The notes under the pieces: model-generated
Databases searched by the model: none
Seen by the model: only the letters and a program-made list of their open reading frames with translations
Told to the model about the DNA's origin: nothing
Assembly: GCA_963695545.1 (NCBI GenBank)
Contig: OY968796.1
Location: forward strand, 3,456,001-3,520,000
Direction: 5' to 3'
Source of the DNA: Terriglobia bacterium
GTDB taxonomy: Bacteria > Acidobacteriota > Terriglobia > Acidiferrales > UBA7541
DNA: 64,000 bases
Shown here: piece after piece, positions 40,262 through 50,344 of the stretch
Numbering within the stretch: the stretch's first letter is position 1
How the letters are laid out: each line of letters starts with the position of its first letter
Translations under genes and position numbers: made by a program

Positions 40262-42499
40262 ATGAATCCAAGGTATCTTCGCACGGCTTTGACGCTGGCA
40301 TTGATGGCGGCGACGGCGATTGCGCCAGTGGCTCCCGCCTTCGGCCAAACGCAGGATACCTCTGCCCCGGCGGCGACGCCGGCGCCCTCGGCGCCTCCTC
40401 CTCAAGTGCAAGCGCCGGGCCAGGCTCCCGCGCCGTCGACACCCGGCGCGCCTGTGGCGGCGCCTCCAGCGGCGCCCGAGCCGACGCAACCTCCGGCGCC
40501 GATTCCCGACCGGACGTATCTCGAAGCACGTCCCGATTTCACGCACGGCCGCAGCGCATTCCCCGATCTTTTTGGCCCGTACATGCCGCGGCAGGTGGAC
40601 GAACCGAAGCTGACCAATTCGCAGCAACTGGTGCAGATGATACAGGACGGAAAGATCGAGTTGAGCTTGCAAGACTGCATCGCGCTGGCGCTCGAAAATA
40701 ATTTGGACATCGCGATCCAGCGTTACAATCCGTGGATCGCGGAAACTCAAGTGCTGGCGGCCAAGGGCGGACGGACATTTGCGATGGGCGATCTTCCTTC
40801 GCCACTGTTCGATCCAATTGTCACAGCCAATACATCAATCAGCGATCAAAACACACCGGTAACGAATCCGTTCCTCACCGGCGCGGGGCTTGGGTTGAGC
40901 TCATTCTCGACCCATCAGACCAACAGCAGCTTCGAGTATCAGCAGGGTTTTGCCACCGGAACGTCGATCACCGCGGAGATTTCCGCGCAACGCGAATCGA
41001 CCACTTTGACCGCGAACTCGTTCAATCCTTACGTGTATTCCTCGGTGGAATTTTCCTTCACGCAACAATTGCTGAATGGATTCGGCATCGGGGTCAACAA
41101 GCGCAGCATCCGCGTGGAGAAAATTCAAAAGCAAATTTCCGATTCGGCGTTCGAGCAGCAGGTGATCACGTCGGTCACGGCCGTGGAAAACGCGTACTGG
41201 GAGCTGGTGTACGCGCGCGACAGCATCAAGGTCGGCCAGGAATCGCTGACGCTGGCGCAACAACTCTACGACGACACCAAGAAGGAAGTTGATATCGGCA
41301 CGGAGGCACAGCTCGACCTGGTGCAGGCCGAAGCCCAGGTGGCCCAGGCGCAGCAGACGCTGATCAACGACCAGACCACCCAGTTGCAGAATCAGACGCT
41401 GTTGCTGAATCTGATCGTCAAGGACATGACCGATCCGGCGCTGATGAACGTGGAAATCGTGCCAACGGACGCCTTGCAGACTTCAACCGATCAGGCCAAT
41501 CCGGATCTGGCGGAATCGCTGAAGGAGGCGCTGGCGAACCGCCCCGACGTGCAACAGGCCAATCTTGCTATCAAGGATGCCGGCGTCAATATTCAAGCCA
41601 CGCACAACGCGCTTTTGCCCTCGCTCGCGGTGACCGGCACGTACTACGGCTTGGGCCTTGCCGGCAACTCGACAACATCAACGAGCACGCCGACCGAGCT
41701 GGGCCCCGACCTGGAAGTGCCGGTGCTCGATTCGGACGGCAACCCCGTGCTGAACCCGACGACCGGATTGCCGGTTTACGTTTCAGAAGTGACCGCGACC
41801 AGCACCACGACCTCGAGCGCGACGGGCGGACTTCCGAATGCATTGAGCGAATCGTTCCACAACCGATTCCCCAACTACAGCATTGGGATCTCGCTCTCGC
41901 TGCCGATACGCAATCGCCAAGCCCAAGCCGATTCTGCGGACGCACAATTGATCGAACGCCAGGACGAAGCGCGGCTCCGGCAGACCGAGAACAACGTACT
42001 GGTGGCGGTGCGCAACGCGCTCATCGCGCTGGTGCAGGACAAGGCCGCAGTGAACGCGGCGACCAAGACACGTATCCTGCAGCAAGAGACGCTTGACGCC
42101 GAGGAGAAGAAGCTGAAGTTGGGCGCGTCGACGATCTTCAACGTGGTGACCGACCAGAACACGTTGGCCAGCGCGGCGAGCGCGGAAGTTCGCGCGTTGG
42201 CCAATCTGGCTGAGGCGCAAATTAATTTTGATAGCGCGATGGCGCGGACACTCGAGGCGAATCACATCACGATTGCCGACGCAACGACGGGCGTGGTGCC
42301 GCGGGACACGATGATTCCGGGGACCACGGCTTCCGGAGCGCTCGCAGGAGATTCGGCGACGGCGCAGAACTCGAATGCAGACGAGGGGGCCGCAAGCGCG
42401 CCGTCGGAGCACGCGACGCCAGCAATGACCGAAGACGCGGCGGGAACATCGGGGAACGCGGCGGGCGACGAACGAGATCAAACTAGCCGGGGCAATTGA
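40262..42499 (+). CDS. TolC-family outer membrane protein
   Basis: Signal peptide; Pro/Ala linker; LSLQDCIALALENNLDI; QLLNGFG; NAYWELV; NRPDV; LSLPIRNR. Confidence 0.9.
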   Translation: MNPRYLRTALTLALMAATAIAPVAPAFGQTQDTSAPAATPAPSAPPPQVQAPGQAPAPSTPGAPVAAPPAAPEPTQPPAPIPDRTYLEARPDFTHGRSAFPDLFGPYMPRQVDEPKLTNSQQLVQMIQDGKIELSLQDCIALALENNLDIAIQRYNPWIAETQVLAAKGGRTFAMGDLPSPLFDPIVTANTSISDQNTPVTNPFLTGAGLGLSSFSTHQTNSSFEYQQGFATGTSITAEISAQRESTTLTANSFNPYVYSSVEFSFTQQLLNGFGIGVNKRSIRVEKIQKQISDSAFEQQVITSVTAVENAYWELVYARDSIKVGQESLTLAQQLYDDTKKEVDIGTEAQLDLVQAEAQVAQAQQTLINDQTTQLQNQTLLLNLIVKDMTDPALMNVEIVPTDALQTSTDQANPDLAESLKEALANRPDVQQANLAIKDAGVNIQATHNALLPSLAVTGTYYGLGLAGNSTTSTSTPTELGPDLEVPVLDSDGNPVLNPTTGLPVYVSEVTATSTTTSSATGGLPNALSESFHNRFPNYSIGISLSLPIRNRQAQADSADAQLIERQDEARLRQTENNVLVAVRNALIALVQDKAAVNAATKTRILQQETLDAEEKKLKLGASTIFNVVTDQNTLASAASAEVRALANLAEAQINFDSAMARTLEANHITIADATTGVVPRDTMIPGTTASGALAGDSATAQNSNADEGAASAPSEHATPAMTEDAAGTSGNAAGDERDQTSRGN

Positions 42500-42502
42500 A
42501 CT

Positions 42503-42554
42503 CGTCGTGCCTCTCGAAAGATTGTGTCGCCCCTACGGGGCTGGCGGCACGACG
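42503..42554. repeat. REP-like nested palindrome downstream of the TolC-family gene
   Basis: CGTCGTGCC...GGCACGACG enclose GCCCC-TAC-GGGGC (GTAG foot on the - strand). Confidence 0.5.
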
Positions 42555-42839
42555 CGCCAAACTCTGCGCGGAGTTGCGAAAAAGCCGCGGGATCTGAGGA
42601 ATAATCAGGAGTCGACGCGACGATGCGACCGAAGCTAGCTGACCCGATTCGTTTCCTTAGCGATAAGTCCAGCGGAAGATACGCAACTGCGGCTGTAAAA
42701 GTTATCCCACAATTACGGAGCTGCCTGCTGGATTCTTGACGCGCGCGAGCGCTCCGGATTGTGCGATACTCCCGCTGCTCCCGGGCGTTCGGCCGCAATC
42801 GTCGCCGCCAACTTTTTGGGAATCGGACCTCGTAGTCGT

Positions 42840-44144
42840 ATGCCCCTATCAGAAGAAGCCGCCGAAAGTATTGCATCGAGTGTGCCCCGCAGGCGCTGGG
42901 GAATCGCGTGGCTATTGGGATTCGGCATCATGGTCAATTATTTTGACCGCGCGAATCTCTCGGTTTCTCAGGGCGCGCTGCATTCGGCTTTCGGTATTTC
43001 CACTTCAACGTTCGGGATTTTATCGGGCGCGTATGTCTGGACGTACATGGTATTGCAGATGCCTTCGGGCCTGTTGCTCGACCGGTTCGGCGTGAAGCTG
43101 ATCGGGCGCATCAGCACATTTCTTTGGAGTGTGGCGTCGTTCGCGGCGGCGCTGGCGACAGGAATCGGCGGATTTTTTGGCGCGCGCCTGCTGCTTGGGG
43201 TGGGCGAGGCCCCGACCTTCCCCGGAAACTCGAAGGCGGTTGGCTACTGGTTCCCCAAGGCGGAGCGAACTTTCGGCACAGCGATTTTCGATGGCGCCGC
43301 AAAATTTGGCGCGGCGCTCGGCGCGCCGTTGCTTGGCCTGATCCTCGAGCACTTCGGCTGGCGCTGGTGTTTTGCGGCGACCGGAATTATCAGCGTGGTT
43401 TTCTTCGCGATGTTCGCCATTTATTACAAGAATCCGAGCGAGGACGCAAAACTCACGCCTGCCGAGCGCGAATTCATCGCGCGCGGCGGCGCGCAACCCG
43501 AAGATAAAGTGCGCGCGGCGCAGGGCGCGCCGCTGGGCTATTTGCTGAGGCGCAAAAAGGTCTGGGGAATGTCGCTGGGCTACGCTTCTTACAACTACAG
43601 TTTCTATCTTTTATTTTTCTGGCTGCCGACTTACATCAACACGGCACTGCATCTATCGAGGATACGCTCGGACATCTACACGGGTATTCCGTGGCTACTG
43701 GCGGGGTTCACGGAGATCGCGGTGGGCGGCTACCTGGTGGAAATATTGATCAAGCGCGGGTGGAACGCGGATCTCGTGCGCAGGGCGATTCTGATTGGCG
43801 GCACGGGGTTGGGTCTCGCGCTGCTCGGCGTGGGACAAACAGTGCGGCCGGTGGTGGCGCTTTTCTGGATCAGCATCGCGATTTGCGGATTGTCCGCGGC
43901 GTCGCCGATCGGCTGGTCGTTGCCATCGCTGCTGGCGCCGCGCGAAAGCGTGGGGACGCTGGGCGGGATTCTGAACACAGGGAATCAAATATCGGCAATT
44001 TTGGCGGCCACGCTGACGGGATTCATTCTCAGAACGCACACATTCGCATTTGCGTTCGGCGTCGCGGCCATTTACTTGGCAGTCGGAATCGCGGGGTATA
44101 TGTTTCTTCTCGGACGCATCGATCCGCTGCCCGAACCTAGCTAG
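42840..44144 (+). CDS. MFS transporter, anion:cation symporter (DgoT/ExuT-like sugar-acid) family
   Basis: NYFDRANLSV, GLLLDRFG, RLLLGVGEAPTFP, WFPKAER, GWRW, FFWLPTY. Confidence 0.9.
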   Translation: MPLSEEAAESIASSVPRRRWGIAWLLGFGIMVNYFDRANLSVSQGALHSAFGISTSTFGILSGAYVWTYMVLQMPSGLLLDRFGVKLIGRISTFLWSVASFAAALATGIGGFFGARLLLGVGEAPTFPGNSKAVGYWFPKAERTFGTAIFDGAAKFGAALGAPLLGLILEHFGWRWCFAATGIISVVFFAMFAIYYKNPSEDAKLTPAEREFIARGGAQPEDKVRAAQGAPLGYLLRRKKVWGMSLGYASYNYSFYLLFFWLPTYINTALHLSRIRSDIYTGIPWLLAGFTEIAVGGYLVEILIKRGWNADLVRRAILIGGTGLGLALLGVGQTVRPVVALFWISIAICGLSAASPIGWSLPSLLAPRESVGTLGGILNTGNQISAILAATLTGFILRTHTFAFAFGVAAIYLAVGIAGYMFLLGRIDPLPEPS

Positions 44145-44224
44145 GGCTCGGGCGATTCGATAGGGATGAACACAGCTCGCTCCGCGAGGACGGTCAGGCA
44201 ACGCGCTCCGCGCGGGCCGGCGCT

Positions 44225-45346
44225 TCACTTCCCTGCTGCGTAGTGCTTGGTCGCTTTGGTGCGCGCGTTGTAGACGTCGAAGCTACCGTCAGGCCAGGCC
44301 GTAACCTTAATATAAAAGCCCGTGTCTTCGCCGTGGATGTTGGCGATAAATTCGTCGGCGACGTTGTGCGTGGCGCCACCTTCCTCGGAATGATGAAGCT
44401 GCCAGAGATTTTCGAGGCGCGGAGATTTCTCGATCGTGTCGTAAGTGGGCGGAGAGCCGCCCTTCTTGGCGCCGTTGTCCATGACGGCGACGAGTGGGGC
44501 GACGGCGTCGAGCAGCGCGGGGCTGCTGCTCTGAAACAAACCGTGGTGCGAGACGACGAGAATGTTGAACGTGCCCAGCTTATTCACGGGGCAGACAAGC
44601 GGGCGCTCTTTGTCCCACGTTAAATCGCCGAGATCCAATATGCGCAGTTTCCCGAAAGTCCAAACCGTGCCGACGGAGCGCAAGTTTTCGGTTTGATCCG
44701 TGGGGCGGATCTCGGTGGTCGCGCAGGAAGGATTCGGCGCGCCGGCTCCTGGCGCTCCCGCCAAGGGCGCGGCGATTTCCGCGCCGTCGGCGGTGACGAT
44801 CTCGACCTTGACGCCGACGAGCGGCACAATCATTCCGGGAGTGGCGAGTATGTGCTTGAAACTCCCCGTATGCAGGAGCGCTTGATAGGCGAGATAGCCT
44901 CGCTCGGTCGCGGCGTCGTCGGTCTGGCGATTCGGGCCGTGATCGATGAAGGTGCCGATCGGAATTCTTGCGGCGAGCTGCGGGACGCCGCCGACGTGGT
45001 CCTCGTGATAGTGCGTGAGCAGGAGGTAATCGATCTTCGAGATTCCGGCGTCCATGGCCGCGGCCACAATGCGATCGGCATCGCGGCCGGCGTTATCGGG
45101 CCAGCCTGTGTCGATCAGCAACGATTGGCCCGAGGGAGTCACGAACAGCGTGGACTGGCCGCCTTCGACGTCGATGAAATAAATTTGCAGCGCGTTCTTG
45201 GCGGCGGGAGCCGTGGCGCCGGGCGGCGGAGCGGCCCAGGCAAGCGGCGCGATCATCGCAACTACGAGCGCAGCGGCGGCGCGAGTGAAAACCTGGAGCG
45301 TGGGCACAAATCCGAAGCGATATTTCAGAGCGGACGCGTTTCTCAT
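44225..45346 (-). CDS. Exported MBL-fold metallo-hydrolase (ComEC/Rec2-like)
   Basis: Signal peptide; FIDVEGGQS; LIDTG; THYHEDHVGG; SHHG. Confidence 0.85.
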   Translation of the reverse strand: MRNASALKYRFGFVPTLQVFTRAAAALVVAMIAPLAWAAPPPGATAPAAKNALQIYFIDVEGGQSTLFVTPSGQSLLIDTGWPDNAGRDADRIVAAAMDAGISKIDYLLLTHYHEDHVGGVPQLAARIPIGTFIDHGPNRQTDDAATERGYLAYQALLHTGSFKHILATPGMIVPLVGVKVEIVTADGAEIAAPLAGAPGAGAPNPSCATTEIRPTDQTENLRSVGTVWTFGKLRILDLGDLTWDKERPLVCPVNKLGTFNILVVSHHGLFQSSSPALLDAVAPLVAVMDNGAKKGGSPPTYDTIEKSPRLENLWQLHHSEEGGATHNVADEFIANIHGEDTGFYIKVTAWPDGSFDVYNARTKATKHYAAGK

Positions 45347-46212
45347 TTCGTCGATTCTCCTCTATTTTGGGCGCTTTTCGATTTTGGCGATTCCTTGGAG
45401 GCGGATGATGGCAGGGCGCGCACGGCACCGACGGAGATCCCGCCGTCCACGAGCAATGTTTGACCAGTGATGTAGCGGCTGGATTCCGCGGCGAGAAAAA
45501 CTACGGCGGCGTCGAGATCGTGCGGCTGGCCGGGACGCTTCAGCGGAATGCGATCGGAAAGATATTCGACCCACTCGCGATCTTCGTAAAGCGCGCTGTT
45601 TTGTTCGGTGCGAAACCATCCGGGCGCGAGGCAATTTACAGTGACGCCATGTTTGCCCCAATCGTCGGCCAGACTCATGGTGAGTTGGCGAATTCCGCCG
45701 CGGCTCGCGCCGTACGGAGCGAGGCCGGCGTAGCCTGCGACGCTGGTGACCGAGCCGATGTTGATGATGCGGCCGTAGTGGCGGGCGATCATGCCGCGCG
45801 CCACGGCTTGCGCGACAAAAAAACTTCCGCGCAGATTCGTGTCGAGGATCAAGTTCCAATCGTCCCAGGTCACGTCGAGCGCGGGCTTGCGCACGTTGCA
45901 GCCGGCGTTGTTCACAAGGATGTCGAGATGGCCGAAGGCGCGCTCGGCGTCGGCGACCATGCGCGTGATGCTGGCTAGATCGCGCACGTCGAGCTCGAGC
46001 GAAACGGCGCGGCGGCCGAGAGATTTAATTTCGGCTTCAAACGGCGCAAGGCTCGCGAGGCGGCGGCTGGTGAGCACGAGATCCGCGCCGGCTTTGGCGA
46101 GAGAGCGCGCGAGGGCCTGTCCGAGGCCGCGGCTTGTGCCGGTGACGATCGCGGTGCGGCCGGAGAGATCGAACAAAGCGTCGCCTGCGCCCTCGCTTGC
46201 GGCGGCGCTCAC
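45343..46212 (-). CDS. SDR oxidoreductase, gluconate 5-dehydrogenase-like
   Basis: FDLSGRTAIVTGTSRGLG, ILVNNAG, YGASR, NCLAPGWFRT. GTG start overlaps the upstream stop. Confidence 0.88.
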   Translation of the reverse strand: MSAAASEGAGDALFDLSGRTAIVTGTSRGLGQALARSLAKAGADLVLTSRRLASLAPFEAEIKSLGRRAVSLELDVRDLASITRMVADAERAFGHLDILVNNAGCNVRKPALDVTWDDWNLILDTNLRGSFFVAQAVARGMIARHYGRIINIGSVTSVAGYAGLAPYGASRGGIRQLTMSLADDWGKHGVTVNCLAPGWFRTEQNSALYEDREWVEYLSDRIPLKRPGQPHDLDAAVVFLAAESSRYITGQTLLVDGGISVGAVRALPSSASKESPKSKSAQNRGESTK

Positions 46213-47255
46213 GACGTCGCTCCTGGCGCGAGCACGACCTTCAGCAAATTGGGTTCGTGGGCGTATAAGCGCTCGAACCACGCGGGGCCATCTTCAAGCG
46301 GTGCGACGGCCGAAATCAACGCTTTGACATTTACGGCTCCGCTGGCGATCAATTCCATCGCGCGCGGATATTCGCCAGAGGAAGCGCAGGAACCCTGGAT
46401 GCGGAGTTGTCCGGTGATCACTTTTTGCAGAGGGAAAGTTATTTCGGGCGCGATGTTGCCGACGAGCGTGACCGCGCCGCCCTTGCGCACGCATTGGATC
46501 GCGGCGTTGACGGTCTCGCTTCTGCCCACGGCTTCGATCGCGATGTCCACTCCGATTCCGCCGGAGCGGCGGATGAGTTCTTCTACGAATTTGGCCGGCT
46601 CCGAAACCAACAGCGTTTCCGTGGCGCCCAAGCTCTGCGCAAGGCGGAGGCGCGAAGCGTCGACGTCCGCGACGTAAATTCGGCCCGCTCCTTCGGCGCG
46701 CAGCACCTGAAGAATCAGGAGGCCAATCATGCCCGCGCCGACCACCAGCGCCGATGCATCCGGTTCGACGGGCGTGAGCGAGACGGCGTGAACCGCGACA
46801 GAAACAGCTTCGAGCATGGCCGCTTCTTCAAATGAGAGGCCTTCGGGCATGCGATAGACGATGCGCTCCGGCACGACGATGTATTCGGCGAACGCGCCGG
46901 CGCGGCGATAGTCTCCGCAAGACACGCCGAGCACTTCGCGGCGATCGCAGAGGTTGATTTCTCCGCGCAGGCAATAGGGGCACGCGCCGCAGTGCACTGT
47001 GGAATCGAAAGTGACTCTGTCACCGACAGCGAATTTCGTCGCGCCCGCGCCCAGCGCCGCAACTGTGCCCGAGGCTTCGTGACCCATCACGATGGGCGGA
47101 ATGCGGCGGCCCGAGGCGCCGTCGTAACCGTGGACGTCACTTCCGCAAATACCGCAGGCCGCGACGCGAAGCAGGAGTTCGCCCGGCCGGACGGCGGGAA
47201 CGGGGATGTCGGTGATCTCGAGGTGCCGGTATTTTGAAAGTAGGAGGGCTTTCAT
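46209..47255 (-). CDS. Zn-dependent polyol/sugar-acid dehydrogenase (MDR family)
   Basis: CGICGSD, GHE, CGACPYC...C structural zinc site, GAGMIG. Confidence 0.9.
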   Translation of the reverse strand: MKALLLSKYRHLEITDIPVPAVRPGELLLRVAACGICGSDVHGYDGASGRRIPPIVMGHEASGTVAALGAGATKFAVGDRVTFDSTVHCGACPYCLRGEINLCDRREVLGVSCGDYRRAGAFAEYIVVPERIVYRMPEGLSFEEAAMLEAVSVAVHAVSLTPVEPDASALVVGAGMIGLLILQVLRAEGAGRIYVADVDASRLRLAQSLGATETLLVSEPAKFVEELIRRSGGIGVDIAIEAVGRSETVNAAIQCVRKGGAVTLVGNIAPEITFPLQKVITGQLRIQGSCASSGEYPRAMELIASGAVNVKALISAVAPLEDGPAWFERLYAHEPNLLKVVLAPGATS

Positions 47256-47584
47256 ACGCGCGTCAAGTGTTCAGGCCCGAAACGATCCGGGGAGTCAAGC
47301 GGATGGTACTGTACCCTACATCACAGGGTTCAGGGAAGATGGCTGGGAACGGTGTCAAACGGGACGGGGCGTCAATTTAGTGGAACTTTGGGCTACCCTG
47401 CGCCGAAGACCATAAGAGAACAGAGAGAGGCCGGGCAAAGCAACAAGGCGGCGGCCTGCGACGTCCAAGAAAAGGGTTATTTAACGCCGGGCCGCTGTAG
47501 TATAAAGCGATTAAACCGAACCGGCGGAAGCGAGACGAATTCCTGGATCGTTCGCGGTCGAGAAGCAGTCCCAAAACGCTTGGC

Positions 47585-48265
47585 ATGGGACCAAAAATCG
47601 TAGGTCTGTCCGATGACGCGCTCGTTGAGCTGCTTCGCCGCGGCGATGAGGAGGCGTTTTCACTGTTGTACCGGCAGCATCAGGCACGGTTGTATCGATT
47701 CGCGTATCAGATGAGCGCTAGCCACTCCATCGCCGAGGAAACCATCCAGGAGACGTTCCTGACGCTGATCCGGCAGCCCGAGCGTTTCGATCCGGCGCGC
47801 GGCAGTGTTTCGGCATTTTTGTTCGGGATCGCGCGCAATCATGTGCTTCGAGCGCTCGAACGCGATCGCCGCTTCGAGCCCCTCGAAGTGGACCCGCCCT
47901 CGAACGGCACGAATGGCAAATCGCCCGCCCACGATCTTGCGCCCGAGGGTGAAGACACATCAGGCACTCTTTCTCAGTTGGAGCGGCGCGAACGGATTGA
48001 AGGTGTTCGCCGCGCGGTGCTTTCGCTTCCAACGGCATATCGCGAAGTCGTGGTGTTGTGCGATCTCGAGCAGCGCAGTTACGCGGACGCCGCGGTACGT
48101 CTCGATTGCCCAGTGGGAACCGTGCGCTCGCGATTGAACCGCGCGCGCGGCTTGCTGCTGGCGAAGCTCGGGACATCGCACGATGCCGGCGACGACGCCG
48201 GCGACATTGCGGCCGGAGATCAGGCGGGGAGATGGCGGCGGTTGGGGGCAGGGGGGCGCATATGA
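47585..48265 (+). CDS. ECF RNA polymerase sigma factor
   Basis: Region 2 (AEETIQETFL...FLFGIARN) and region 4 (LPTAYREVVVL...GTVRSRLNRAR). Confidence 0.93.
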   Translation: MGPKIVGLSDDALVELLRRGDEEAFSLLYRQHQARLYRFAYQMSASHSIAEETIQETFLTLIRQPERFDPARGSVSAFLFGIARNHVLRALERDRRFEPLEVDPPSNGTNGKSPAHDLAPEGEDTSGTLSQLERRERIEGVRRAVLSLPTAYREVVVLCDLEQRSYADAAVRLDCPVGTVRSRLNRARGLLLAKLGTSHDAGDDAGDIAAGDQAGRWRRLGAGGRI

Positions 48266-48999
48266 ATTGCACGGAGTTTAGCGATGTGGTCCACGAACTC
48301 TTGCGGCCGGAACAGCCGGCGAACGAATCGGTGAGGCGCGGCCTGGAGCACGCGCTGCTGTGCGACGATTGCGCCGCAGTGCTAGCCGAGGAACGCGATC
48401 TGAACGATCAGCTCGACGATCTCGCCGACGCCGATCGCGACGTGGCGGCGCCCGCGCACCTGGAACGCAATCTTTTGGCCGCTTTGCGCGCGGAACACCC
48501 CGCGCAGCCCGTGGTTTCGCCGATTTGGCGATGGGTCGCGGCGCTGGGACTCGCAACCGCCGCTGTTTTGGTTGGCGCGGTTTTGCTCAGCCATCGTCCG
48601 ACGGACGGACCGGCCGGCCCCGCGGCGCAGCCTGCGACGCCGCGCGGAGGGTCGTCTTCGATGCCGCTCGAGGCGGCTCGCGTGAAAGCGTCCGCTATCA
48701 ACGCGTCTTCGGATGCGACGGATCAGGCTGCGGTCGATGCAACTTCGTCCGCGTCCGCAGCGCAGCGAACGGATCAGTTCTACCGAATACCGTACGCGAT
48801 CGACGGCGATTCGGCCGACGGCGCGTCCGTGATGCGCGTGGAATTGCCGGCCTCGGCTCTGCAATCGCTGGGCATCGCGACTTCAACCGACGCGGACGCG
48901 GATGCGGCGGATGATGACGGCAGCCAAATGGTGTCGGCCGACGTGGTGGTGGCCGAAGATGGAACGCTCGAGGCGATTCGATTGTCGCCGCAACAGTAG
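48262..48999 (+). CDS. Putative zinc-binding anti-sigma factor
   Basis: MNC...HALLCDDC (HxxxCxxC ZAS motif) and one TM segment; ATGA overlap with the sigma gene. Confidence 0.85.
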   Translation: MNCTEFSDVVHELLRPEQPANESVRRGLEHALLCDDCAAVLAEERDLNDQLDDLADADRDVAAPAHLERNLLAALRAEHPAQPVVSPIWRWVAALGLATAAVLVGAVLLSHRPTDGPAGPAAQPATPRGGSSSMPLEAARVKASAINASSDATDQAAVDATSSASAAQRTDQFYRIPYAIDGDSADGASVMRVELPASALQSLGIATSTDADADAADDDGSQMVSADVVVAEDGTLEAIRLSPQQ

Positions 49000-49101
49000 C
49001 GAGAGCGGCACACATCTTTCTCGCGATGCCGATCTGAGGCGGTCTGCACGCGAACGAAGCAAGCTCGATGAACGAAAGACTCACGACGGAGGACGAAGCA
49101 G

Positions 49102-50157
49102 ATGGCTACGAGAAGTTTTGACAAAATGTACTCACGACTGGCAGCCGGCGCTTGTGCATTGGCGCTGATCGCGTTTGGAGTCTCGGGCCACAGCCAGGCG
49201 CCCGCCACGGCGCCGGCGGATCCACCGCCGATGCATGGCAACATGGCCCACTTTGTCGGCTTTGAAGGCAACGTCGGCGGAAGGACAGTGACCGGCGCGC
49301 CGTATTCGGCGGACGTGACCACGGAATTCACGCGCACGCTGAGCGACGGCACCGTGATCGACCGCAAGACGACCAGCATGTTCGCTCGCGATGGCATGGG
49401 CCGCACGCGGCGCGAAATAACCATGTCAGCGATCGGGCCGTTCGCGACGTCGGGCGCGCCACGCACGATCATTTCGATCGACGATCCGGTAGCGCACAAG
49501 CGCTACGTGCTCAATCCCGCGGATAAGACCGCGCGGGAACTGGGCGGCGGTCCGCGCATGGGCGGCTTCGGCGGCGGACGCGATGGTGGACACTCCGGCG
49601 GGCAAGATAGCGATGGCGGACGCGGCGGAATGGGCGGTGGTCACGACGGCGGCCACGACGGAATGAGCGGCGGCGGTCGCGGCGGAATGCACGGCGGCGA
49701 CGGCGGAACCACGGTGTCGCTCGGCACGAAAACCATCGAGGGCGTAACCGTAGAAGGCACGCGCACCACCCAGACGATTCCGGCCGGCGCAATGGGCAAT
49801 CAACAGCCGATCATGATCACCTTCGAGCGCTGGTATTCACCTGACCTGCTGACCAACGTGATGACGGTGCGCTCCAATCCATTTGAGGGCAAGACGACGT
49901 TTATGCTCACGAATCTAAAACGCGGCGAGCCGGATGCTTCGCTCTTCACGGTGCCGTCCGATTACAAAATGGCGGCGATGGGCGCGCCGGGCCACGGTCA
50001 CATGGGTGGCGGACCCGGCGGTCCTGATGGCAAAGGAAACTGGTCGGGCCATCACATGCACGGCGGTCCTGGCGCCGGCGGCAATTCCGGGGGCGGTCCG
50101 AATCCAAACCCAGCTCCGATGCCGCCCGCAGCTCCTGGCCAAGGGCAGGACGACTAA
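49102..50157 (+). CDS. Exported hypothetical protein of the ECF module (Gly/His/Met-rich inserts)
   Basis: Signal peptide; VTGAPYSA, RDGMGRTRRE, ERWYSPDL, EPDASLF; Gly-rich low-complexity segments. Confidence 0.75.
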   Translation: MATRSFDKMYSRLAAGACALALIAFGVSGHSQAPATAPADPPPMHGNMAHFVGFEGNVGGRTVTGAPYSADVTTEFTRTLSDGTVIDRKTTSMFARDGMGRTRREITMSAIGPFATSGAPRTIISIDDPVAHKRYVLNPADKTARELGGGPRMGGFGGGRDGGHSGGQDSDGGRGGMGGGHDGGHDGMSGGGRGGMHGGDGGTTVSLGTKTIEGVTVEGTRTTQTIPAGAMGNQQPIMITFERWYSPDLLTNVMTVRSNPFEGKTTFMLTNLKRGEPDASLFTVPSDYKMAAMGAPGHGHMGGGPGGPDGKGNWSGHHMHGGPGAGGNSGGGPNPNPAPMPPAAPGQGQDD

Positions 50158-50344
50158 CGACACCCAGCCGTCGCGAGGGGCGCCGGTCTCCGGACGTCCC
50201 TCGCGGCGCAAGCGAAGTTGCAGAAGTCGCGGTGGATTTTTGATCTCTCCGTTGGTCCGGCAAGGCGCGGGCGGGGCCGCACCCAATCCCTCCCCTCGGT
50301 ATCGTCCGCGCCACTTCTTCATAGTAAACTCGCCGCGGTGAACC

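Noticed and set aside
39836..40750. Long N-terminal extension of the pyrE ORF (similarly 51395-51832, 59059-59295 and 25949-26287)
   Set aside because: The extensions overlap other genes or intergenic DNA; family similarity starts at the downstream start codons.
49540..49710. GGCGGC-rich tandem-like repeats
   Set aside because: Explained by the Gly-rich coding segment; no regular repeat-spacer structure.
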